From NCBI GenBank assembly GCA_964016885.1, contig OZ024743.1:181102001-181166000 (forward strand): a stretch of DNA of 64,000 nt, in the 5' to 3' direction. Positions 46,996 through 59,674 of the stretch are shown here, piece by piece (position 1 is the stretch's first letter; each line of letters begins with the position of its first letter). The DNA is from Eledone cirrhosa. Its lineage: Eukaryota. The notes beneath the pieces were generated by a model. The model worked only from the letters and a program-made list of their open reading frames with translations, did not search any database and was not told the DNA's origin. Both the position numbers and the translations under genes were made by a program.

Positions 46996-49034
46996 GTAGT
47001 AGTAGTAGTCGTCGCCGTTGTTGCTGTTGTTGTTGCTGTAGCAGTGGCAGTAGCAGTGACAGCAGCAACAGTAGCAGCAAAGGCGGTAACAGAAGATGCA
47101 ACAACAGCAACTGTAGGATTAGCAGCAACAGCAACAACAGCTACATGAACCTTCGAATAAGATCAATATTGATATCAACCTTACGTGAACAATACATTTG
47201 GTACTATCTCATTTACAGTACTTATATACTATAATCTTTTGAACCCATCTTGTATATGTTATACTTACCGGTCACTCGATGATATGGTTTTATGGAAGTA
47301 GTATTGTGATCAATAGAAAACGTTATGATACAGTTGCTTTGGGGTATTAGGATAATTTAATATTAATAAAAGAATTCATACAATATTAGGTATAATGAAT
47401 CTCTACGAAGTGGCTCGGTTGCTAGAAAAACCATCCAAATATCACTCAGAACACATACGAGATAATATAGTCTGAGATATATTAGGAAGGCATTGCTGCA
47501 GGGAATGGCCATCGACATCCGCTGAAACAGCCACCCTACATCACAGGGTTCCTACTTCGGGCGAGCTGCGGCCTTCTAGATTTTGCGGAATCAGAGACAC
47601 CTGAAGTCTCGACAGCGAACGGCGTGAAATTGAAGCGGTTGATCAAACCTTGGGATTTAGTTAACTTCCTCTCCTCTGCATTGTAGGTGGTGGTTCCCGG
47701 GATTGTGGCTGAAGCGACAAGGTCGGAGGCAAAGAACGAGTCACAGCACTTAGTGTTTCAGATTAGGGATTTCCTTCCCTCAAAAGGGAAGAAAGGAAGC
47801 TATTCCGTCTGAGCGCTTATCATCACCACAGTGGAGGCCAGTTGGCTCCCGTTGTGAGGGAAGTCAGCCGTATGGAATCTCTTTATGATTATATCTTTTA
47901 GAGTGGCGTGTCGAGGGAATCAGCCTGCGCTATGGCAGCAGGGTATGGCATCAATAACGCCTCCACAACGGCTACACTATAGATCCACAACGGCTACACT
48001 ACAGCTCCACTACAGTTCCGCAGCGGCATTATGCGGTTCACAGGCGGAGACCGAGATGCTGAGCCACTCTAAAGCGAAAATATAATATATATGTTATAAT
48101 ATTAGACATGAGAGTGTAGCTGAATGCCATATTGGATTCTAGTGGTTTATAAATTCAGAGAGTATAAGGACACCAATTTTATCGATCAATTTGTCCGGCA
48201 ATCTATCGTTTCATCCATTTGACCACTGATAGACTCGTAAAGTTATTAGCAATATACGTGTATGGCTTTGGTTACAAGCAGCAATTAAACTTGGCTTACC
48301 TAGACGTTTATTTCTTCCACTGCAGTTCTGAAGCAATTAGCTCTGATTTCTAAACGACAAATGTACATAGTTAACTACAACTTAGTTCTGAAACCCTAAT
48401 TATCACATATTTCTCTCACGCTCATTTTCTATTATAAATGGTCCTTTCAGTTTTAGAAATGCTATGTCATATTGGCTTTTGTCCTTTTTTATTGTGAAAA
48501 GTCGTTTTCCATGGAAATCTGAAGAATAGAAAGTAATATTTCACAACTATAGAATTTCGTTCGATTTTTCATTGCCAACAACGCCAAACGTTCTGACTTT
48601 TTAGTATTCAGTAAAGTTGTTAATGTTTCGTGCAGCAGCCATTTTAAATGTTTCTCTTTGTGGCCATGATAATATATTGGGAGATAAAGCAACAATTATA
48701 CGTTGTTATATAATTGTATATCAGCGTATATTTCTTTTATCTGACAAACCAATCTATTGAGTAAATCCCTTGCTATCAAGAGAAGTGGCCCATAGAATTT
48801 ATCTGAACACAACTATACATATCAACACCAACCACATCACAAACGCAAACCTTACAGCGACATTAAGGCCGACATATGAGACAAGTCTTTTCAAATCCAG
48901 TGTTTTTTTATAAAAGAAATATTTTTATTGGTCCCGGTATAGTTATTAATTTGAGCCGTCACTTTGATATGAAAAAATGAATAGGCTCTTGGTGTAGGAA
49001 ATCATTATACACCATATATATAATACTGGGAAAC

Positions 49035-49099
<65 letters not shown>

Positions 49100-49277
49100 C
49101 AAATTTACACGCACAAAGATTTATATGTATATATGTGTGTGTGTTTCTGAAAGTATGTATATGTTTATACATACATACATACATACATACATACATACAT
49201 ACATACATACATACATACATACATACATACATACATACATACATACATACATACCTATCTATCTATCTATCTATCTA

Positions 49278-51708
49278 CTACAACAGATGGTGGTACTCTC
49301 TCAAGAGGGCAGTTAGATTAGACTCGTTAGTTTTTAGTAAAGAATTAGCGCTAGATAGAAATAGAACCGAGAAGGAACTGGTAGATAAAGTAGAAGAGGC
49401 AATTAGAAGTGGCAACGTAGCCAGCGTGCTAGCAACGAGAACGGCCTTGGACCAGTTCTTCGACGCAAAGCACGAGGGCTGCGTCGTCAGAAGCAAAATA
49501 TGAGCTCTGGGAAACGAGAGAGCCAAAGCTGTTAGTTGGGCCCGAGTGACGGAGACAAAAAGTGGCAACAAGTCCACGATTCGGTCTTTGAAGGACCAAA
49601 ACGGACGCGTGATACGTGAGCCGAAGCAGATGTGTGCGGCCTTTCAGCGGCACTTTGCTCAACTGTTCGGGCGGGGCGGCGCGCCGGGAGGGGCTATGGA
49701 TTTCGGTCCATACCTCGACGGCCTACCGCGACTCTCGGACAGCGAGGCAAAGTTCTGCGAAAAGCCGATTTCAGCCGCTGAGATAGGGGACGCGCTGAGC
49801 CAATGCGGCAAATGCAAATCTCCAGGTTTCGACGGTCTACCCTACGAATTTTACGTAGCAATGCCGTACTTATTCTCCGGTCTCCTGGAAGCGGTCTACT
49901 GCAACTGGCAACAGAGCGGGAGAATTCCCAGTTCTGTAACCGGGGGCGTAATCACACTAATCAGGAAGGACGAGAATAAACGGGATGACATAGACAACTT
50001 ATGGCCCATAATTCTGCTAAACACAGAGTTACAGATTTTGGCCAAGGTGTTGGCAAAGAGGCTGGCGCTTGTCGTCGGGAACCTGGTGAGAGAAGCGCAG
50101 ACATGCGCAATCCCGACCAGGTCCATACACGACAACCTCCACCTCATGCGATACATCAGAGAGAGGGTAGGGTGTAAACCCGGCTTCGATGGGGCCCTGA
50201 TCAACTTGGATCAGTCTAAGGCTTTCGATAGTGTTGACCATCGTTACCTGGATGCAGTGCTCGAGGCGGCAGGCTTCGGACCCGTGTTCAGGGGCTGGAT
50301 TGCTGCAATGCACAACAGCAACATCTGCTCATGGGTCAAGTTGAACGGCTACCTCTCGGAGCCGTTCCATATTACGCGATCCATTCGACAGGGATGCCCT
50401 CTCTCCTCCCTTTGTACGTACTGACTCTCGAGCCACTACTGCGGAAGTTGGAGCTATTGCAGGGCATCCCTGTGGAACCGAGACTGCGGAAAGCGGCGTT
50501 GGCCTACGCCGACGACGTGACAGTAATGGTGTCGAGCGCCTCGCAAATCGAGGAAGTCGGCACCTTACTGAAGGAATACGAAAGTTTCACAGGAGCGAAG
50601 CTGAACCGGGACAAGTCCATCGGTTTGCAACTCGGATTGTGGAGAGGCAAACCGATGCCTTCCGATGGCGTCGTCGGACGCTGGACGGAAGGACCGGTAA
50701 AGCTGCTCGGGGTCTGGTTTGGTCCGGACCTCCAAGTGGAGAAGAACTGGAACGAAGTGACGGCCAAGGTGTTTGCACTCACCCAGAAGTGGGCTGAGTG
50801 CAAACTATCCTTGAAAGGTCGAGCGGAGGTGGCGAACACTTTTATAGCGTCCGCCATCTACTACCGCTTGACCGTCGTGCCTTGTCCAGCCAAAACGCTC
50901 GCCAAAATGTAACGCGCGCTCTTCCAATTCCTTTGGAAGAGGCGGGCTCCTTTGGAAGAGGCGGGCTCCTTTGGTGAGAAGATCCATCTGCTGCCAACAC
51001 CCTTCTAACGGAGGGCTGGGGATGCCGTGGTTAACGATGCGTAAACACGCGCTCGGGTTGCAGCATCTCTACGTATTCCTGACCGGACAACCAGTGTGGG
51101 CCCCGTTCGTGAGGCTAGCCTTCCCACGACTCGTCTCGCTGACCGAGCTGCAGTCCTGGGTCAAGCAAAGACCGAGGAAAATGGGCGACTGGCACATCGA
51201 ATGTGCTCAGGCGCTCACAGCCCTCTGGCAGGCGGACCCGGCGATCAGTGGAGACTCCACTTCGTCATTCTATAGAGGGTTGATCCGCAGCAAGTGCGAC
51301 GACGCGCTCGCTGAAACTCTAGGCGTAGAGGAAGATGAACTGGCCAGTCTGTTCGGTAGGACCTTCCGCCCGGGACCGATGGACAACTTCCAAAAGTCCC
51401 TGGCCTGGCAGTGCAACCGTGGAGCTCTACCAGTTCGAGACAAGCTCTACAGACATGGGCGCCCGGGCAGGGACCCTGCAAAAAAGATATGTCCGAGGTG
51501 CGTGCGAGACGAAGAAACCGTCGCGCACGCATTCATACACTGCCCAGGCGTCACTGACCTGTGGGGCTATGTAGAACTACTATTGTCACGGGTGGTACCA
51601 ATCCGGTTGACCACCGAGTCCATTGACATGATCAAACCGCCACCCTCCTTCAAAAACGAAGGAGAGGCGGTTTTCCTTTGTGTGATAGCTATGGCGAAAG
51701 AAGTTGTA
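49278..51708 (+). mobile_element. Second Tx1/L1-clade LINE ORF2 (diverged subfamily), truncated at both ends
   Basis: KSPGFDG, LDQSKAFD, SIRQGCP, YADD, CPRC..ETVAHAFIHC. Stops and frameshifts present; cut at ~51708 by the HHR element. Confidence 0.93.
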
Positions 51709-52223
51709 GTGGATAGGAAATAGCGAAGCGTGGACTGAATCCCAAGCCATTGAGAAAATCACTGTCTCTACGTCTGCGGCAAATTCAAAAAGAATCGAAC
51801 ACGTGACATCGATATGAATTCTTTATTATTATCTCCAAATTATTTGTCGAGCAATATTGGCCATGACTGCTGCTACGGTTGTAGGCAGGCCGCTGTCTTA
51901 TTAGCAAACCACTTTCTACTGATTGACCTCGATGTCACGTGTTCGATTCTTTTTGAATTTGCTGCAGACGTAGAGACAGTGATTTTCTCAATGGCTTGGA
52001 ATTCAGTCCACGCTTCGCTATTTCCTATCCACTGAATTATTTTTTAATAAGTTTCCAGTGTCCTCGCTTCGCCTGGAAACTTACATGAGAATAGACTTTC
52101 CTGACGACGGAATGCTTCTCAATATTATTCTTCGGAAAATATATTTACTCCATTCCAGAAACTAATTAGTTGGAAGTGATATTTTAGTAAGTTAATTTTA
52201 TAATTTTCCTATTTTACGTCTCC

Positions 52224-52225
<2 letters not shown>
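51709..52225. mobile_element. ~520-bp-family HHR element with inverted piece
   Basis: 51709-51811 is inverted relative to 51929-52032. HHR actttc-CTGACGA-c-ggaatg..cattcc-a-GAAA-ctaattag-TT-ggaagt at 52095-52177. Confidence 0.85.
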
Positions 52226-52262
<37 letters not shown>

Positions 52263-52318
52263 ATATATAATAAGAAAATGTGAAATAGTTTCAGATGTTA
52301 AAGTCCTTTATTGATAAG

Positions 52319-52393
52319 GCTGTGATACATATTTCGATGACGACAGTGGCCTCACGATCCCGCGTACCTAGTACCATTCTCTCATCAGACAGC
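52319..52393 (-). ncRNA. Type I hammerhead motif in a short insertion (52268-52437)
   Basis: Minus: gctgt-CTGATGA-ga..tc-GAAA-tatgta-TC-acagc. Confidence 0.7.
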
Positions 52394-52432
52394 TTCTTAT
52401 ATAATAGGGTTACGTTCCCGAGGCCATCCAAA

Positions 52433-52470
<38 letters not shown>

Positions 52471-52679
52471 ACTATACACATAACTATATATGTATATATA
52501 TATAGTTATGTGTGTGTGTAGGTCTCGGTTTCAATCGGGGGTAACCACAGTAAGATCCTGAATAAATTAGCAGAGTCTAAACATCATGTTTAATATACAA
52601 ATGGCTTCTACAGGACTAGATCTGTTTCGTTCAAAAGAAATCTTTAGGAGTTTTCCTGAAAATTTCTTTTGAACGAAAC

Positions 52680-52730
<51 letters not shown>

Positions 52731-52965
52731 TACACGGGTGTGTATGATTGTGTATAGAAGATTATATTAATAAGAGGAATTCCAACTTTGTCTGATTTAC
52801 TCGTTTTATTTACAATCCTTTAAAATTTATAATGGTATGATATAAAATGAAATAGTATGATAGAATATTAAATGTTAAGTGTTAATTGAACAAGTACTTT
52901 CATACTTTCGCAATCTTCAGGTTCATAATGTGTGGTGACAGTCAAGTTTTCAATTTTCAACTGTC

Positions 52966-53040
<75 letters not shown>

Positions 53041-53459
53041 CATTATTGCTTTAATGCGTGGGGTGCATAGAAAGACGCCTAATATGGCTAATACCAGATG
53101 TATTATTAATGACAATTGATCGAATGATCTGCCAACTCTTTATACGTGTGTTGAACATATCTATGGATATTGCCATATTTTATTATATTATACACCGACA
53201 TTTATATAATCTGATAAAGCATTCCATTAGTATAAGGCTAGCATATACAATGTTAACCATAAAATTGTACATGCCCATTACAGATACCCAATAGGAATGC
53301 CGTCATTGCAGATATATTTTTTGATTGTGCTGTACAGCAGCTAAATAGGTGGAAGAGCCTGGAAAGAATATACGCTAATGTTCGTTGTTCCGGATTATAT
53401 CCAATTACATATGTTTTCCTTCATGGCTATAATGATATTATTTTGTTAGAGTTCGGTAA

Positions 53460-53672
53460 AGGGCGGTGAAGTGGCATTAATCGGTAGAGCGTTGGATACT
53501 CTGTTTCGTGGCATAGAGTTACGGCCCTTTACGTTGTGAGGTCGAATCCCGCTGAAGTTAGCTTTGCGTTTCATCCTTATAGGGTCGATAAAATAAAGTA
53601 ACAGTCATCCACTGGGGTAGACTTTCCCCTCCACAAAATTATTGGCCTTGTGCCTAAATCAGAAACCATTAT
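53460..53672 (+). mobile_element. tRNA-derived SINE, family 1
   Basis: ggcggtgaagtggca..gtcgaatcccgc..ctttgcgtttcatcc..gggtcgataaaataaag..ggccttgtgcctaaa. Confidence 0.75.
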
Positions 53673-54467
53673 TTTTTTTTTTACAGTTCAGTAAAGATAG
53701 ATTGGCAGTATCGGTAGAGCGTTGGACACGATAGATTTCATTGTGTATAAAAATAGTAGATTGTTACTATATAACTACGATAATGGTAATAGTGGTATTG
53801 GTTAAGATGGTGTGTGGCACTGGTTGGAGTGTATATATATATCAATTCTTTTTGATATTTTTTTATTATTTGATTCGATTAAATTAATGTTATTGATAAC
53901 TCTAATTATATTGTTCAATATTGCCACTACACGACTGATTCTGTAGAGAAAAACTCTGTTACTGGCAGACCTGCCAACCTATAAAAACCCAAACAGGGAG
54001 TACCATGAAAAAAGGTGCCCCAAAATGACTTACTACTCTAAGTGACGTGAGACTGAGACTCACGAGCATTTCCGACATAATTCTAGGGGTGATTCAGGGC
54101 ATTTTTTTTTTTGTCGAGGAAATCTTTACATTCTTTTTTTTAGGAAGTTTTCAATGTTTTCGGGTTTTTATAGGTTTTTATGTCGTCTGAATAGCTCAGG
54201 CTATCAAAATTGGTAATCCTCGGCAAATATGTTTAACGAGATCTAAATAAACCTAAATTAACTAATTATGGCCTTCGATATTTTAATACTATATATATAT
54301 ATAGTATAAAAGAGAAAACACAGGTAAGCATTAAGAGAAGGATTTTATCCAAGTATTTACGACCGTTTCATTGGTAAGTGCAACCTTATATTGCTATACT
54401 GCAAATAGCAGCCACTCAGTTATAATTGTTGTTCACGTCCAAATTTTCAAAATAGTCTGCTTCCCTC

Positions 54468-54506
<39 letters not shown>

Positions 54507-54507
54507 T

Positions 54508-55739
54508 TTAATATGGGGTATGACCACCTTTGGCAGTAATTACAGCTTGAATTCTACGAGGTATGGACTCGTACAAAGTTTGAATTGTTCCAAAAGGAAC
54601 TTTTGTCCATTCTTCAGCTAAAATAGTCTCAGTTCTTGTAGTGATGATGGTGGAGGACATCAACTCCTTACTTGTTTTCTCTAAAATGCACCATAAATGT
54701 TCAATAATATTGAGATCTGGGGACTGCGGTGGCCAGATAAGATGTTCAACTTCACTAGAATGTTCCTCGTGCCATTCAGTAACAACTTTAGCTGTGTAAA
54801 TAGGCGCATTATCATCCTGAAAGATTGTTTCCCTCCGGAAACAGTTCCGCAACCATAGGATGAATTTGATCAGATAAAATGCTTAAATAGTCTTGACTGC
54901 TAATTCTGCCATGAAAGGAAACCATTGGGCAGGCGGATTTCCAAGATATAGCTCCCCACCCCACCCACCCCACCCCCGATCATCGCAGATGCTCCTCCAT
55001 GTTTAACAGTTGGAAGAAGGCGGTCTAGGTCAAATGTTTCTTTTGGCTGTCTCCACACGTATACTCGGCCGGTGGTCGGAAATAAGGTAAAGGATGACTC
55101 ATCCGAGAAAATAACATTCTTCCACTGCTCTAGGGATCAATTCTGTAGGGTTTTTACTCCACTCTAAACGCTTTGCAACGTTTGTTTTTGAAAGTAGTGG
55201 TTTTCTGATTGCAGCCCTCCCGTGAAATCCGGCTTTGTGCAGTTCCCGGCGAACAGTTTTTGTGGAAACTGGATACTCGAGGTGGTCATTAAGCTCTGCA
55301 GTAATTTTGGGAGCTGTACTTTTGTGATCCTTTCTAACAATTCGCGTAAGAGTCCGACGGTCCCTATCTGAAAGTTTTGGTTTTCTTCCGGAGTTTTGTT
55401 TCGACGAGGAGGTTTTTCCCTCTTTCTCAAAAGCTGTCATTACATTCGAGACAGTACTTCTTGATACACCAAACATTTCGGCTGTTTTCGTTACGCTAGC
55501 GCCTGCCATACGAGCACCAACAATTTGACCTCTTTGAAAGTCCGATAGATCTGTCATTTTAATGAACTTTAATTACCTTTTTCTGATGATATCTGAAAAG
55601 AAACAGCAATTTTAACAAAACATATTAAGCAACACTAATAATAAATCAAGAAACATAAAAATAAACAACCATTTGACGGTTTTATAAATATTTCAAAATT
55701 ATGATGCTATGATGTTTCCATTATTTTGTCCAACCCCTG
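54508..55739 (-). mobile_element. Tc1 (DD34E) transposon, frameshifted, one TIR retained
   Basis: MTDLSDFQRGQIVG..GRKPKL..TVRRELH, FSDES, TVKHGG, FQDDNAP, WPPQSPDLNIIEHLW, AKGGHTPY. TIR caggggttggacaaaataatggaaac at 55739. Confidence 0.93.
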
Positions 55740-55923
55740 TATATATATATATATAAGCAGAATAAATGAAGGAGAGGCAATACATTTAAAACCAAATTTT
55801 GCTCTTTAATATTTAACACTGCAACCGGAAGCATTGAGCACACCTGGCTTCGGCTATCGGTATCTAGAATACTGTATCACACTTTTTTCTCTCTCCTCCT
55901 TTCTTATGATACATATCTCCTCT

Positions 55924-55968
<45 letters not shown>

Positions 55969-56047
55969 ATTGACTTTGTTAGTTTGAGAAGATCCTGTTA
56001 AGGGTGAAAGCAGCGATTCTTTGATTAAACTTTAATCTGTTATTTTA

Positions 56048-56175
<128 letters not shown>

Positions 56176-56177
56176 AT

Positions 56178-56397
56178 TAGAAAGTGAGGTTTTTTTTACA
56201 AAGTGAAAAATAACCGAGGTGTCCTACACGAGTGAAAGTGTAAAGAAAAAAAGATGAAATCGAAAATGCAACTGGAGTCTTATTTTTTTTTAAATATATA
56301 TATTTATTTGGTTCCTTTACCGGTAAAGGAACAAAATAAATACATATACTTTTTAAAAAATAAGACTCCAGTTGCATTTTCGATTTCATCTTTTTTC

Positions 56398-56402
<5 letters not shown>
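56178..56402. mobile_element. Fold-back insertion centred on ttaccggtaa
   Basis: Arms 56241-56321 / 56322-56402, tail 56178-56240, in (TA)n. Confidence 0.75.
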
Positions 56403-56489
<87 letters not shown>

Positions 56490-56492
<3 letters not shown>

Positions 56493-57272
56493 AGACGTAA
56501 AATAAGAAAATTATAAAATTAACTTACTTACTAAAATATCACTTCCAACTAATTAGTTTCTGGAATGGAGTAAATATATTTTCCGAAGAATAATATTGAG
56601 AAGCATTCCGTCGTCAGGAAAGTCTATTCTCATGTAAGTTTCCAGGCAAAGCGAGGACACTGGAAACTTATTAAAAAATAATTCAGTGGATAGGAAATAG
56701 CGAAGCGTGGACTGAATTCCAAGCCATTGAGAAAATCACTGCCTCTACGTCTGTAGCAAATTCAAAAAGAATCGAACACGTGACATCGAGGTCAATCAGT
56801 GGAAAGTGGTTTGCTAATAAGACAGCGGCCTGCCTACAACCGTAGTAGCAGTCATGGCCAATATTGCTCGACAAATAATTTGGAGATAATAAAGAATTCA
56901 TATCTAGTAACATATATATACATACAGATGCATATCAATGCTAGCAAATATATAGGTTTTGTCTTAATAACAGTGTGGTTCAATGCATGGGGTTGCAGAA
57001 CAATAATATAAGAGACGTAAAATAAGAAAATTATAAAATTAACTTACTTACTAAAATATCACTTCCAACTAATTAGTTTCTGGAATGGAGTAAATATATT
57101 TTCCGAAGAATAATATTGAGAAGCATTCCGTCGTCAGGAAAGTCTATTCTCATGTAAGTTTCTATTGTTCTGCAACCCCATGCATTGAACCACACTGTTA
57201 TTAAGACAAAACCTATATATTTGCTAGCATTGATATGCATCTGTATGTATATATATGTTACTAGATATGAAT

Positions 57273-57275
<3 letters not shown>
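56490..57275 (-). mobile_element. 520-bp-family HHR element, 1.3 tandem units plus inverted piece 57163-57275
   Basis: agagacgtaaaataag at 56491 and 57011 (520-bp period). HHRs on minus at 56541-56623 and 57061-57143. Confidence 0.88.
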
Positions 57276-57366
<91 letters not shown>

Positions 57367-57460
57367 TATATATATATATATATATATATGCATATTTATA
57401 TATATATTCACATATGAATACATATATCTCTATACATGCATACATATCTACGTATTTACT

Positions 57461-57500
<40 letters not shown>

Positions 57501-58117
57501 AAGAGAATATTCAATAAATAAGGATAATTTAATACTGGCGAAACAGATTACAATGGTATAAATGAAAAGAATTTAGCTTCGTACAAGAACGATTCCACCT
57601 TACCTGATATATGAGGTATATGTCAGGTTTTCTACAGAACAGTTTGAAACACTAGTAACTGGTTTACTGGCAATAACCTTTTTCATATATTTGGGTGCAG
57701 GCGTAGCTGAACCTTACATGACGTCGATTAAGCTCTTCTTATATCTATGAGTAATGAGAAAATGCTTATCGGTGATGGAAAATATTTTGTTATGTTTACA
57801 ATTAGGGAAAGGAGGAGAGTTAACTAAATAGTTATCTATTCTTCAGTCACGGGGGTTGTGTGCTTAAAAGCAATATTATCTTTTGTTGATTTCAAAACCG
57901 CTTCTAATAGCATTTAGAGATGTGAGTTGGTGAAAATCCATTTTGCTTCAGGAATACTTGTAAATGAAAGCAATTTGCTCTATGAAGATATAAGAGCTAG
58001 AAGGTTGACCCAAGATTGCATAACATCTTTCTCCCTATTCCTGTAGGTAGGAGTGCTGCTGTATAGTGTGTGATGCATCAGTCCCTTATTACCTCTTCGC
58101 AATTGGAATTCATTATG

Positions 58118-58218
<101 letters not shown>

Positions 58219-58254
58219 CATGTATATATATATATATATATGTATGTGTATATA

Positions 58255-58286
<32 letters not shown>

Positions 58287-58318
58287 CTTATATATATATA
58301 TATATATATATATACAAC

Positions 58319-58440
<122 letters not shown>

Positions 58441-58587
58441 GTTGGGCCTGACGGCTGAGATTCTGCCGTTTCAAACAGTTAGTTCCAGACTCGGTTGAAT
58501 AGTGGTCTAACTAGTTTAAAACTGGCTCTTTCCTGATTATATATATACATGTGTGTGTGAGAGAGAGAGAGAGGGAGAGAGAGAGAG

Positions 58588-58656
<69 letters not shown>

Positions 58657-59009
58657 TGTGTTAGGATTCAGTAATCTCTATATAGGCACTTGTTTTACAG
58701 TTATACGCAAGGGAAAACCTATGACGACACATTAATTACTCTATCACGTGTTCCAACCAGCAAGCTGAGGCCTTGCTGGGACACCGCAATGTTTTACAAA
58801 CCTACATACCTTTGAAAGAACAGCTATTATGGTTGAAACAATAACATAAAAGGGTATAGCTTTGTATGCTATTTCGGAAAATGTTTCTTCTGTTAAATTG
58901 AGAATATAAGCAGCTATGATTTTGATGCCGGCTTATCTGACGTTACGTTTATTTATATTGAAGTTTTTATAACATCAATGGTTTGTATATCTGTGTAAGT
59001 GTACGAAAT

Positions 59010-59175
59010 AGGCGGCGAATTGGCAGAGTCATTAGAACATCGGTTAGAATGATTTGTGGGATTCGTTCCGGCTCTTTGCTCCCTGAGCTCACGTCCCGCC
59101 TTGGTCAACTTTGCCTTTCATCCATTCGAAGTCGATAAAACAAATACCAGTCAAGTACTGGGCTCGATTCCTTCT
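59010..59175 (+). mobile_element. tRNA-derived SINE, family 1
   Basis: aggcggcgaattggcaga..tcccgccttggtcaactttgcctttcatcc..gtcgataaaa..taccagtcaagtactggg. Confidence 0.75.
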
Positions 59176-59605
59176 TTATATCTCTTTCGCACTTCCATTC
59201 TCTCATTCTCTTTATCCTTCTCAGTAAGACATCTGCTGTGTTCAGATCTGGAAAGTAGATGAGCTCCGTCCGGTTTACAAAATACCCTAGAAACGCCGAA
59301 TGTCAATACGGTGCCCCTACAACTCCCTCGGGGGTTACTGGTCCAACATATACAAGTATATATGAACACTTATGAAAACATTAGTTATTTCTGATTTATG
59401 AATTATGAGGAGTTTCTGATGTTGAAATATAGTTACTGTATAAGCTGTGTAGTTATGATAACATTCCTATGTTATATGTTTAGCTAACACCTCATTGTTA
59501 GAGAAACTGGACCACGTTTTAATAGGTGACATAGCTGGGGATCATATTAAACGTCGTATATACAGGATATATTTTATCTTAAATCTACATAAATGCATGC
59601 AAATT

Positions 59606-59671
<66 letters not shown>

Positions 59672-59674
<3 letters not shown>

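Noticed and set aside
53963-54180. Possible MITE (acctataaaaaccc / gggtttttataggt inverted repeat)
   Set aside because: Single copy in the window; termini and target duplication could not be defined.
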